Source of the DNA: an uncultured Acidimicrobiales bacterium
GTDB lineage: Bacteria; Actinomycetota; Acidimicrobiia; Acidimicrobiales; UBA8190
Length of the DNA stretch: 24,000 nucleotides
Assembly (NCBI GenBank): GCA_963810195.1
Contig: CAWEMO010000002.1
Span: 442,824-466,823, forward strand
Direction: 5' to 3'
The notes below the pieces were generated by a model. The model was not told the DNA's origin. It searched no databases and worked only from the letters and a program-made list of their open reading frames with translations. This document shows, piece by piece, positions 6,964 to 15,438 of this stretch (positions are counted from its first letter, which is position 1; each line of letters opens with the position of its first letter). The translations under genes and the position numbers were made by a program.

Positions 6964-8484
6964 TCAGCGGAGCCGGGCGCGACCGCCGGCATCCAGGCGA
7001 ACCTTCCGGCCGCACCCCTCGTCCTCCATCAGGCCCACCATGTCGTCGCGGTCGGAGACGGTGCCCCACGTCCGGCGTTCGTCCGCGGTCAGGAGGGCCA
7101 GGATGGCGAGCTCGGGCGCCCCGTCGCGGTCGTGGACGACGGTGTAGGTCTCGATGGTGGCGTCCCCCTCGTATCCCGGAGCCGGCGCGCGCCGGGCCAT
7201 GGCGTCCACCGCCTCCTGCGGGCTGCCGTGGCGGAATCCCGTCGCGGGAGGCGACGTCGACCACAGCCCGACGGCGTGCTTCGTGCTGTACCACCCCAAG
7301 CCGGTGACGAGGCCCAGGGCGCCGGGCGCGGCGCGCAGCCGTCTGGCCATCGTGGCGATGGAGTGGCTGACGTAGTTGTTGCCCGGGCCACCGGCGAACC
7401 CCAGTCCCCCGGTCACCGTGAGCGGCCGGTCGGGGTCGTCGAGCGCAAGCCCCAGCTCGCGGGCGGCGATCTGCACGGCACAGGGGAAGCACGAGTACAG
7501 GTCCACGTGGGCGACATCGTCGATCCCCGCTCCGGCGAGCGACAGGGCGAGGCTCCCGGCCAAACGGATGGCGGGCGACGACCGCAGGTCCTGGCGCTCG
7601 GACAGGAACCAGTGGTCATGGGCGTCGGTTCCCGCCACGGGAAAGACCCACCGGTCCTCGGGCACCCCGGCCTCGCGTGCCGCGCCCACCGAGCACAAGA
7701 TGAGCGCGGCGCCTTGGTCGACGCGGTCGTTGGCGTTCATCAGCTTCGGGTACGGGAACGACACCATCCGGTTGGAGGGTCCCGTCGATCGCACCTCCTC
7801 CGCCGTTCTCGCTCGGGGGGACCACGCGTAGGGGTTGGTCGCCGCCACCGACGAGAAACGCGCCCACAGCTCCGACACCGAGCGCTGGTGCTCCTCGATG
7901 GTCTCGCCCGCGTCGAACCGCAAGGCGTTCTCGAACAGGGGGAAGACCCGCAGGGGGCGGTCGAGCCCCCGGGCCGATTCGACGTCGGTCACCGGGGTGC
8001 GGTCGGTGCCGAGCATCACCGGGCTCGGGGTGTCGTCGGCCTGCGCCGTCCACCCCAGGACGGGGCGTTCGGGGTCGCGCCGGGCGGCGAGGCGCGTGAA
8101 GAGGCACTCGGCCCCGCAGACGAGGGCCACGTCGAGCTCCCCGGCTGCGATCTGGAGCGCGGTGTGGTTGACGACCGTCTGCGGGTTGTTCCCACCGATC
8201 GCCGTGAGCGCCAGCTCCCGGGGAGCGATCCCGAGACGCTCGGACACCAGCAGTCCCGGATTCACGTATCGCCAGCTCAGGGGCACGATCACGCGCAGGG
8301 ACCCCGCCCGTGCCAGCAGTCTCCGCCCCTCGTCGGCGCCGCCGCTGTCCCGGCCGGCGGCGCGCAGCGCCCGCGCCATGAGCTCGACCGGCTCGGGCCG
8401 CTGCGTGAGCGGGACCTCGGGGTCGGGCCGCTGTGTGACCTGTCCGGCCCCCACCAGCACCGGCGTGCGAGGGTCGAGGGCCAC
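6964..8484 (-). CDS. thiolase-fold (thiolase-like protein type 1-like) protein with an extra C-terminal domain; probably not a catalytic thiolase
   Basis: 506-aa ORF with a GTG start. Thiolase-like blocks are present (LQIAAGELDVALVCGAEC; VTGGLGFAGGPG), but Gly, Gly and Thr occupy the positions of the canonical Cys/His/Cys. About 110 additional C-terminal residues follow. Confidence 0.8.
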   Translation of the reverse strand: MALDPRTPVLVGAGQVTQRPDPEVPLTQRPEPVELMARALRAAGRDSGGADEGRRLLARAGSLRVIVPLSWRYVNPGLLVSERLGIAPRELALTAIGGNNPQTVVNHTALQIAAGELDVALVCGAECLFTRLAARRDPERPVLGWTAQADDTPSPVMLGTDRTPVTDVESARGLDRPLRVFPLFENALRFDAGETIEEHQRSVSELWARFSSVAATNPYAWSPRARTAEEVRSTGPSNRMVSFPYPKLMNANDRVDQGAALILCSVGAAREAGVPEDRWVFPVAGTDAHDHWFLSERQDLRSSPAIRLAGSLALSLAGAGIDDVAHVDLYSCFPCAVQIAARELGLALDDPDRPLTVTGGLGFAGGPGNNYVSHSIATMARRLRAAPGALGLVTGLGWYSTKHAVGLWSTSPPATGFRHGSPQEAVDAMARRAPAPGYEGDATIETYTVVHDRDGAPELAILALLTADERRTWGTVSDRDDMVGLMEDEGCGRKVRLDAGGRARLR

Positions 8485-8491
8485 GGCGCCG

Positions 8492-8497
8492 AGCGTA
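8492..8497 (-). promoter_or_regulatory. -10-like hexamer TACGCT (minus strand), 7 nt upstream of the GTG start of the thiolase-like gene
   Basis: The minus strand reads ggTACGCTcggcgccGTG. It fits TANNNT, and there is no clear Shine-Dalgarno. Pattern only. Confidence 0.25.
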
Positions 8498-8540
8498 CCG
8501 GTCGGCTCCGCGTGCCCCCGGGCCGGCGCGAGGGCCTCGG

Positions 8541-8546
8541 TATGCT
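8541..8546 (+). promoter_or_regulatory. -10-like hexamer TATGCT, exactly 6 nt upstream of the rpiB ATG (predicted leaderless transcript)
   Basis: The sequence cggTATGCTtcgcccATG places the hexamer at -12..-7 relative to A8553. No Shine-Dalgarno. Pattern only. Confidence 0.35.
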
Positions 8547-8552
8547 TCGCCC

Positions 8553-8993
8553 ATGCGTATCGCAGTCGGCTCCGACCACGCCGGCTACCGCCTCAAGGAG
8601 TTCCTCGCCGCCCACCTCACCACGTCGGGACACGACGTCGACGACCTCGGGGCGCACTCGGAGGCCCCGGTCGACTACCCGGAATTCGGTGCGGCGGTGG
8701 GCCGCGCCGTGTCCGAAGGGCGGGCGGAACTGGGCCTGTGCGCCTGCGGGACGGGGATCGGCATCTCCATCGCCGCCAACAAGATCCCCGGGGTGCGTGC
8801 CGCCGTGGTCCATGACGTGACCACGGCACGCCTGGCACGTGCCCACAATCACGCCAATGTGGTGTGCATGGGTGGCCGCATGGTCGGGTTCGAGGTCGCC
8901 AAGGACGCCGTCGACACGTTCCTGTCGACCGAGCCGGCCGGGGGTCGACACGACCGGCGCATCCGCGAGATCGCCGTGCTCGAGGCGCGCTGA
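8553..8993 (+). CDS. rpiB: ribose-5-phosphate isomerase B (RpiB/LacAB family, Cys-type active site)
   Basis: 146-aa ORF with [46 protein letters not shown] and GGRHDRRI. Confidence 0.92.
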   Translation: MRIAVGSDHAGYRLKEFLAAHLTTSGHDVDDLGAHSEAPVDYPEFGAAVGRAVSEGRAELGLCACGTGIGISIAANKIPGVRAAVVHDVTTARLARAHNHANVVCMGGRMVGFEVAKDAVDTFLSTEPAGGRHDRRIREIAVLEAR

Positions 8994-9081
8994 GCACGCG
9001 GCCGGCCGCGCGGGCGCTCGACATCGCGACAGACCACCGAAGCAGGGCGACGGCCCCAGGGCAGAGGCAGAGAGGACAGAG

Positions 9082-10431
9082 ATGACCGAGGCAGGCGCCG
9101 GCTCAGGCCGGGCGTGGTCCCCTTTCGACGAGTGGCTCGTGGACGATCCCGAGCTCGAGGCGCTGCTCGGGGCCGAGATCGACCGGCAGTCGACGACGCT
9201 CCAGCTGATCGCGTCCGAGAACTTCACCTCCCCCGCAGTGTTGGCGGCTTCGGGCTCGGTGCTCACCAACAAGTACTCCGAGGGCTATCCGGGGCGCCGC
9301 TACTACGGCGGGAACCAGGTCATCGACGAGGTGGAGAACCTGGCCCGGGATCGGGCCACCTCCCTGTTCGGAGCGGAGCACGCCAACGTCCAGCCGCACG
9401 CCGGGGCGACCGCGAACCTGGCGGTGTACCAGGCGCTGCTCGAGCCGGGGGACACCGTCTTGGCCATGAGCCTCGACCACGGCGGCCATCTCACCCACGG
9501 CTCGCCCGCCAGCATCACGAGCAAGATCTGGCACTTCGTGGCCTACGGGGTGACCCCGGCCTCGGCGGACCCCGACGTGCCGGGTGAGACCATCGACTTC
9601 GACGAGGTGGCCGACGTCGCCAAGCGTGAGCGCCCCAAGCTGATCGTGGCGGGCGCCACGGCCTATCCCCGCCTCATCGACGCCCAGCCGTTCCGCGAGA
9701 TCGCCGACGCCGTGGGTGCCAAGCTGATGTTCGACATCGCCCATCCGGCGGGACTGGTCGCGGGCGGAGTGCACCCGAATCCCGTCGGCATCGCGGATGT
9801 CGTGACCCTCACGACCCACAAGACGCTGCGCGGGCCCCGGGGCGGGGCGATCCTGTGCGGCCGCGACCTCGCCAAGGCGATCGACTCGGCGGTCTTCCCG
9901 GGGCTGCAGGGTGGTCCGCTCGAGCACGTCGTGGCGGCCAAGGCAGTCGCGTTCCGAGAGGCGTCGCTGCCTTCGTTCCACGACTATGCGACCAGGGTGG
10001 TCGCCAACGCGCGCTCCCTCGCCCGCGCCCTGGCCGCTGAAGGGTTCCGTCTGGTGTCGGGGGGGACCGACAACCATCTCATCCTCGTCGACCTCCGGCC
10101 CTTCGATGCCGAGCTCACGGGCAAGCAGGCCCAGGAGGTCCTCGACCGCGCCGGGATCACGCTCAACCGCAACACCATTCCCGACGACCCTCGCCCCCCC
10201 TTCGTGACCTCGGGGCTGCGCCTCGGGAGCGCGGCGCAGACGACGACCGGCATGGGGCCCGAGGAGATGGTCCGCATCGCAGGGCTGATCGGCCGCGCCC
10301 TGCGGCACCGGGGCAACGAGGCCGTCCTGGGCGAGGTGCGCGGCGACGTCCTCGAGCTGTGCGGCGGGTTCCCGCCCTACCCGCAGCTCGTCACGGGCAT
10401 TCCGGTGTCCAGCCGGGCCGGAGGCGGCTGA
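9082..10431 (+). CDS. glyA: serine hydroxymethyltransferase
   Basis: [29 protein letters not shown], and the PLP-lysine in [13 protein letters not shown]. This is the first ATG after the rpiB stop, with AGAGGA 5 nt upstream. The raw ORF start at 8839 lies inside rpiB and is rejected. Confidence 0.95.
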   Translation: MTEAGAGSGRAWSPFDEWLVDDPELEALLGAEIDRQSTTLQLIASENFTSPAVLAASGSVLTNKYSEGYPGRRYYGGNQVIDEVENLARDRATSLFGAEHANVQPHAGATANLAVYQALLEPGDTVLAMSLDHGGHLTHGSPASITSKIWHFVAYGVTPASADPDVPGETIDFDEVADVAKRERPKLIVAGATAYPRLIDAQPFREIADAVGAKLMFDIAHPAGLVAGGVHPNPVGIADVVTLTTHKTLRGPRGGAILCGRDLAKAIDSAVFPGLQGGPLEHVVAAKAVAFREASLPSFHDYATRVVANARSLARALAAEGFRLVSGGTDNHLILVDLRPFDAELTGKQAQEVLDRAGITLNRNTIPDDPRPPFVTSGLRLGSAAQTTTGMGPEEMVRIAGLIGRALRHRGNEAVLGEVRGDVLELCGGFPPYPQLVTGIPVSSRAGGG

Positions 10432-10435
10432 GGCC

Positions 10436-11713
10436 GTGCCCCCGCTCGGGGCATACGTCGTGGTGGCGGTGGTCGCCGCCGTGGGGACGTTCGCGGCGAT
10501 GTTCCCGATCCGCCGACTCGCCGTGCGGGCCCACTTCGTGGTCGAGCCCGACGAGCTGCGCATCCACGACCGTGTCACCCCCTACGGCGGTGGTATCGCC
10601 ATGTTCCTGGCCTTCCTGGTGGCGATCCTGGTGGCGTCGCAGCTCGGACAGCTCAAGGGTTTGTTCTCCGGGTCCTCGGAGCCGCTCGGCCTGGTGCTGG
10701 GGGCCGGGGTGATCTTCGTGGTCGGGTTCATCGACGACGTCAGGGAGATGTCGGCGCCGGCCAAGGTGGCCGGGCAGGTGCTCGCCGCCATGGTGCTCGT
10801 CTTCCTCGGCGTGACGATGTTCCAATTCAAGGTCCCGTTCGTGGGCTTCTTCGTCCTCTCGCCCGACGTGACGCCGCTGCTCACGGCCTTGTGGGTGATC
10901 GTCATCACGAACGCCGTGAACCTCATCGACGGCCTCGACGGGCTGGCCACGGGGATCGTCGCCATCGCCTCGGGTGCCCTCGCCATCTACGGCCTGCGTC
11001 TGGTCTTTCTGGGGTACCTCCCGTCCGACAACCTGGGCCCGCTGATCGCGGTGGTGGCCTTCGGGGTCTGCATCGGGTTCCTGCCCCACAACCTGCACCC
11101 GGCCCGCGCCTTCATGGGCGACGCCGGCTCGCTGTTCCTGGGCCTGTTGCTGGCGGCGTCGACGATGCTGATCGGGGGCCGGACCCCCGACGTGAGCGGT
11201 CAGACCTACTTCTTCTTCGCACCTCTGCTCATCCCGGTCTTCATTTTGGGTGTGCCCATCGCCGACATGGCGTTCGCGTTCGTCCGGCGCACGGCCAAGG
11301 GCACCGGGTTCCACAACCGCGACATGATGCATGTGCACCACCGGCTCCTGCGCCTCGGCCACGGACCACGTCGTACGGTCGCCATCCTGTGGGCGTGGAC
11401 GGCGGTGCTCTCCGCGTTCTTGCTGTTCCCCTTGTTCTACAAGCGTGCCAATGCCTTCATCCTCTTCGGGATCATCGTGCTCGGCCTGGCGCTCTACACC
11501 CTGTTCCACCCCGGGCTCCGCAAGGACACCGTGAACGGCAAGGACACCGCGAACGCCGGGGACGCGGTCGAGAGCATGGCCGACGGGAAGCACGACCCCG
11601 CCCACGTGGGGCCGGGGACGGCGTCGGGGGACGGCTCCCAGGGCAACGGGGCGGGCCCGGGCGCTACCGACCCGGCGCGTGCACCGGGGCCCGTGGCGCG
11701 CGCGCCGCTTTGA
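10436..11713 (+). CDS. wecA: undecaprenyl-phosphate GlcNAc-1-phosphate transferase (WecA/Rfe, MraY-type GT4 family) with a G/A/P-rich C-terminal tail
   Basis: 425-aa polytopic membrane protein with GFIDDVRE, NAVNLIDGLDGLA, FMGDAGSLFLG and HVHHRLL. GTG start 4 nt after the glyA stop. It occupies the conserved position upstream of the atp operon. Confidence 0.88.
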   Translation: MPPLGAYVVVAVVAAVGTFAAMFPIRRLAVRAHFVVEPDELRIHDRVTPYGGGIAMFLAFLVAILVASQLGQLKGLFSGSSEPLGLVLGAGVIFVVGFIDDVREMSAPAKVAGQVLAAMVLVFLGVTMFQFKVPFVGFFVLSPDVTPLLTALWVIVITNAVNLIDGLDGLATGIVAIASGALAIYGLRLVFLGYLPSDNLGPLIAVVAFGVCIGFLPHNLHPARAFMGDAGSLFLGLLLAASTMLIGGRTPDVSGQTYFFFAPLLIPVFILGVPIADMAFAFVRRTAKGTGFHNRDMMHVHHRLLRLGHGPRRTVAILWAWTAVLSAFLLFPLFYKRANAFILFGIIVLGLALYTLFHPGLRKDTVNGKDTANAGDAVESMADGKHDPAHVGPGTASGDGSQGNGAGPGATDPARAPGPVARAPL

Positions 11714-11968
11714 TGGGTGAGGTGCCGCCGGCGGTCCCCGGATCTCTTGCAGAGCGCAAATAATCCCCGCCCAGCCCCTCGTTTTGCCGCGCACGAGGGG
11801 CGGATGCGAAGATTGTGGTGTGCGCTTCCCGCTCCCAGTCGGTGTCGATGAACGGACTCCGGTCGTGGTTGCAGTCGGTGCGAGCGCCGGGCACGCCGAG
11901 TGATCTCAGGCCAGCCCAGGCGATGCACGGCACCTGCCCTCTGAGCGACGCGCGCCAGGCGAGAGGAC

Positions 11969-12172
11969 GTGGAGGAGAAGCCCCCACCGAGGGTCTTCGA
12001 TCTCATGGCCATGGGCGTGGCGTCGGCACTCATGATCGGCGCGGGGTTGGGCATCGGCTTAGTGGTCGACGGCTGGTTGCACAGCAGTCCGATAGCCACC
12101 CTGGTCGGTCTCGTGCTCGGGATCACCGCCGCGGTGGGCAGCACGGTGCGACAGATCCGCAGGTTCATGTAG
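11969..12172 (+). CDS. small two-helix membrane protein, AtpZ/AtpI-like (ATP synthase operon gene-1 family)
   Basis: 67-aa ORF with two hydrophobic helices (MAMGVASALMIGAGLGIGLVVDGWL; IATLVGLVLGITAAVG), directly upstream of atpI. The start is uncertain (GTG 11969, or ATG at about 12003). Confidence 0.55.
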   Translation: MEEKPPPRVFDLMAMGVASALMIGAGLGIGLVVDGWLHSSPIATLVGLVLGITAAVGSTVRQIRRFM

Positions 12173-12227
12173 CCGCTGGCTGCGTGTCCGCGTCCTCGGC
12201 CAGGGCCGATCGGGCCGGTGGGCGGTC

Positions 12228-12683
12228 GTGATGGTCAATCTTTTCTCGCAGTTCTCGTTGCCCCAGATCTCGGTCGTCGCCCGGAGGACGGTGCTCGTCT
12301 CGGGCGGGGTGGGTGCGCTGTCCCTCGTCCTCGGCGTCGTGGCCGGATACCCGCTGGTGGGACTCGGCGTGTGCCTGGGGCTGGCCACGGCACTCGTCAA
12401 CTTCCGGCTCATCTCGCGCGCCACGGTCAAGGCGGCCGCCTCCGCGGAGGAGAACAAGCGGCGGCCCCTGGCCTTCAACACGCTCGGGCGGCTGGGGGTC
12501 ATCAGCGTCGTCGCCCTGGCCATCACGTACTTCGTCCGCCCGCTGGGCTTCGGCATGCTGGTCGGACTGGCCGTCTTCCAGTTCGCCCTGCTCGCCAACG
12601 TGGTCGTGACCATGCTGCGGCACCCCCTCATGGGTGACACCTCGATGGGCACACCCTTCGTCGACGACGAGGACGACGAGTGA
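12228..12683 (+). CDS. atpI: ATP synthase protein I
   Basis: 151-aa hydrophobic protein with about four predicted TM helices. Its stop overlaps the atpB start (GTGA at 12680-12683). The position is canonical for atpI. Confidence 0.7.
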   Translation: MMVNLFSQFSLPQISVVARRTVLVSGGVGALSLVLGVVAGYPLVGLGVCLGLATALVNFRLISRATVKAAASAEENKRRPLAFNTLGRLGVISVVALAITYFVRPLGFGMLVGLAVFQFALLANVVVTMLRHPLMGDTSMGTPFVDDEDDE

Positions 12684-13423
12684 TCGGCTTGACGCACCTC
12701 CTCGCGGCCAACATCAACGTGGGCACGCACGTCCAGCGCTCCGGCCTGGACCTCGACACCATCTGGTCGACGGCGGCCGCAATGGCGATCGTCATCGGCC
12801 TGGGCCTCTACCTCCGGGCCAAGGCGACGAGCGGGGTGCCGGGGAAGCTGCAGCTCGCCTGGGAGACAGGGTTGCAGGCGGTCCAACAGCAGGTCGAGGG
12901 GACGATCGGCCCCCGGGGCGCCGCCGTCGTCCCTCTGGCCGTGACGCTGTTCGTGTTCATCCTCGTGGCCAATTGGTTCTCGGTCCTGGGCATCGGATCG
13001 GAGATCGAGTGGATCGGGCCGCCGACCAGCGACATCAACGTGACGCTGGCGCTGGCCCTCATCGTGATCATCCCCGTGCACATCGCGTCCATCCGCTCCC
13101 GGGGGTTCGTCGGCTACGTCAAGCACTACGTCAGCCAACCGTTCCCGAAGGCGCTGTTCCCCCTGAACATCTTCATGAACGGCGTCGAGGAGATCGCCAA
13201 ACCCCTCACGCTCGCGCTCCGGCTCTTCGGCAACCTTCTCTCGGGGGGCCTCATGCTCGCCCTGATCGCGGCGCTGGGGGTGTGGAGCATCTCGCACGTG
13301 CCGATCGGAGACGTCGCCACCATCATCCTCAACCCGATATGGAAGCTCTTCGACCTCTTCATCGGCGCCATCCAGGCCTTCATCTTCGCCCTCCTCACGA
13401 TCCTCTACTTCGACACCGCCATG

Positions 13424-13438
<15 letters not shown>
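12680..13438 (+). CDS. atpB: F0F1 ATP synthase subunit a
   Basis: 252-aa ORF with the conserved Arg motif LTLALRLFGNLLSGG and a multi-TM profile. Confidence 0.95.
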
Positions 13439-13793
<355 letters not shown>

Positions 13794-13948
13794 GCCCGAG
13801 GGGAGCAGGGATGTCCCGCGAGGATGGCAACGTCGATCAGGGCCACCGGCGAGCCCGTCCCGGCTTGCCGCCGCGTCCCGACGCCGAGGCGTCGTGCTCG
13901 CCGATTGGCGGGGTCTGACAACCGAAACCGAACAGAGGCTGAACCGAC

Positions 13949-14479
13949 ATGATTGCGAGTAGCAACTTCCTGGTACCCAACGCGACGCTCATCGTCGAGA
14001 TCGTCGCCTTCCTGGCCGTGCTCGGCGTGATCGGGAAGTACGTGCTGCCCGTGCTCAACAAGGCGCTCGAGGAGCGCCAGGAGCAGATCCGCGGCGCCCT
14101 CGAAGCGGCCGAGACGGCGCGTGCCGAGGCCGCCGAGGCCGAGGCCGAGCGCCAGCAGACGCTCGACGAAGCCCGCAGACAGGCGCGCGACATCGTCACC
14201 CAGGCCAACAAGGCGGCGGAACGGGTGGCTGCCCAGGCCGAGGAGCGGGGTCGGATCGAGTACGAGCGCCTGGTGGCCAGGGCGGACGCGGAGATCGCCG
14301 GTGCACGCCAGCGCGCCGTGGACGAGGTCAGCTCCAAGGTCGGGGCCCTGGTGATCTCGGTCGCTCGTCAGGTGATCGCCCGGGAGATCGACGAGTCCAG
14401 CCACCGCGCCCTGATCGACGAGGCCGTCGCCGCGCTGCGCGGGTCCGTCGACACGACCGCGGGCACCACCCAGGTCTGA
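13949..14479 (+). CDS. atpF: F0F1 ATP synthase subunit b
   Basis: 176-aa ORF with a single N-terminal TM helix (LIVEIVAFLAVLGVIGKYVLP) followed by a long charged A/E/R-rich helix. Confidence 0.9.
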   Translation: MIASSNFLVPNATLIVEIVAFLAVLGVIGKYVLPVLNKALEERQEQIRGALEAAETARAEAAEAEAERQQTLDEARRQARDIVTQANKAAERVAAQAEERGRIEYERLVARADAEIAGARQRAVDEVSSKVGALVISVARQVIAREIDESSHRALIDEAVAALRGSVDTTAGTTQV

Positions 14480-14517
14480 CCGGGCCGGGCTGAGCGGGCG
14501 CGAGAAGGAAGACGGCA

Positions 14518-15438
14518 GTGCACGAATCGCTTCGGGGCTACACCACGGCGGTCCTGGCCGACGTGGCCAGAACCACGTCCGGCGAGGAGATCGCCGAGGA
14601 CCTGAACGCGGTGGCGCATCTCGTGTCGCGCACGAACGAGCTGGCGGTGACCCTCACCGACTTCGGGGTGCCGACCTCGGCCCGCCGGGCGGTGCTCCAG
14701 GACCTGCTCGAGTCGCGGGTGCAACCCCTCGCGCTCCGAATCGTCCTCCGGGCCGTGCAGACCGAGCGCGTCGAGGAGTTCCCGACCGTGCTCCACGAGC
14801 TCTACGAGCTGGCCCGGCACATGCACGATCTGCACCCGGAGGAATTCCGTGCCGAGGAGCCGATCGTGAGCCGGTTGGCCTGGCGCGAGTTCGTGGCCGG
14901 GTATTCGGACGCAGTCTTCGAAGGCATCGCCGAGACCTCCGAGCTCGAGGAGATCGAGGACGAGCTGTTCCGTTTCGCTCGGGTCGTCGAGTCGAGCGCA
15001 ACGCTGCGGAGCGTCCTGTCCGACACGACGCTGCCGCTTCCGAGCAGGGAGCAGATCCTGGGCGAGCTCCTCGAGGCCAAGGTGCGGCCCGCGACGCTCC
15101 AGCTCATCCGCATCACGATCCAGGGGCGCGTGCGCGACCTCGCCGCTTCCTTGGACTGGCTCGTCGAACAGGCGGCACGGGCCAGGGGCTGGCGCGTGGC
15201 GCGCGTCTACACCGGGCTCCCCATCGACGCCGACGAGAACGGGAAGCTGACCGAGGCGCTGGAGCACCTGACGCACGGGCCGGTGGAGCTGCAGATCCTG
15301 GCCGCGCCCGACATTCTCGGCGGCGCCGTGATCCAGATCGGCGACCTGCTCGTGGACGCCAGCGCGCAGCGCCGTCTCGACCAAATGGAAGAACACCTCC
15401 TCAGCCATGAGGGGGCAACGCGAGGAGCACAGACCTGA
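14518..15438 (+). CDS. atpH: F0F1 ATP synthase subunit delta (OSCP), extended form with a duplicated N-terminal domain
   Basis: 306-aa ORF in the canonical position between atpF and atpA. The C-terminal part has OSCP-like features (..[25 protein letters not shown]). GTG start with GAAGGAAG upstream. The stop overlaps the atpA ATG by 1 nt. Confidence 0.9.
   Translation: MHESLRGYTTAVLADVARTTSGEEIAEDLNAVAHLVSRTNELAVTLTDFGVPTSARRAVLQDLLESRVQPLALRIVLRAVQTERVEEFPTVLHELYELARHMHDLHPEEFRAEEPIVSRLAWREFVAGYSDAVFEGIAETSELEEIEDELFRFARVVESSATLRSVLSDTTLPLPSREQILGELLEAKVRPATLQLIRITIQGRVRDLAASLDWLVEQAARARGWRVARVYTGLPIDADENGKLTEALEHLTHGPVELQILAAPDILGGAVIQIGDLLVDASAQRRLDQMEEHLLSHEGATRGAQT

Noticed and set aside
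8553-8993. RpiB as a possible low-molecular-weight phosphatase or ArsC-like protein, which is sometimes annotated at this syntenic position between tsaC and glyA.
   Set aside because: The sequence has the RpiB/LacAB signature ([11 protein letters not shown]..., [17 protein letters not shown]) and lacks the CX5R phosphatase P-loop.
8994-9081. A possible ZTP (pfl) or other folate/one-carbon riboswitch upstream of glyA. I also examined the GGGTCGACACGACCGGCG segment at the 3' end of rpiB, which resembles the ZTP 5' sub-domain.
   Set aside because: The conserved 3' sub-domain CCGCCUGGGC is absent; the nearest match is GGCCCCAGGGC. The 88-nt gap is purine-rich and leads into a normal Shine-Dalgarno. 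glyA is more simply explained as co-transcribed with rpiB.
11815-12231. A 138-aa plus-strand ORF overlapping the AtpZ-like gene, and a 224-aa minus-strand ORF at 11494-12168.
   Set aside because: Both have Arg/Gly/His-rich, non-protein-like composition. The alternative frame encodes a clean two-helix membrane protein in the position expected for the first atp-operon gene.
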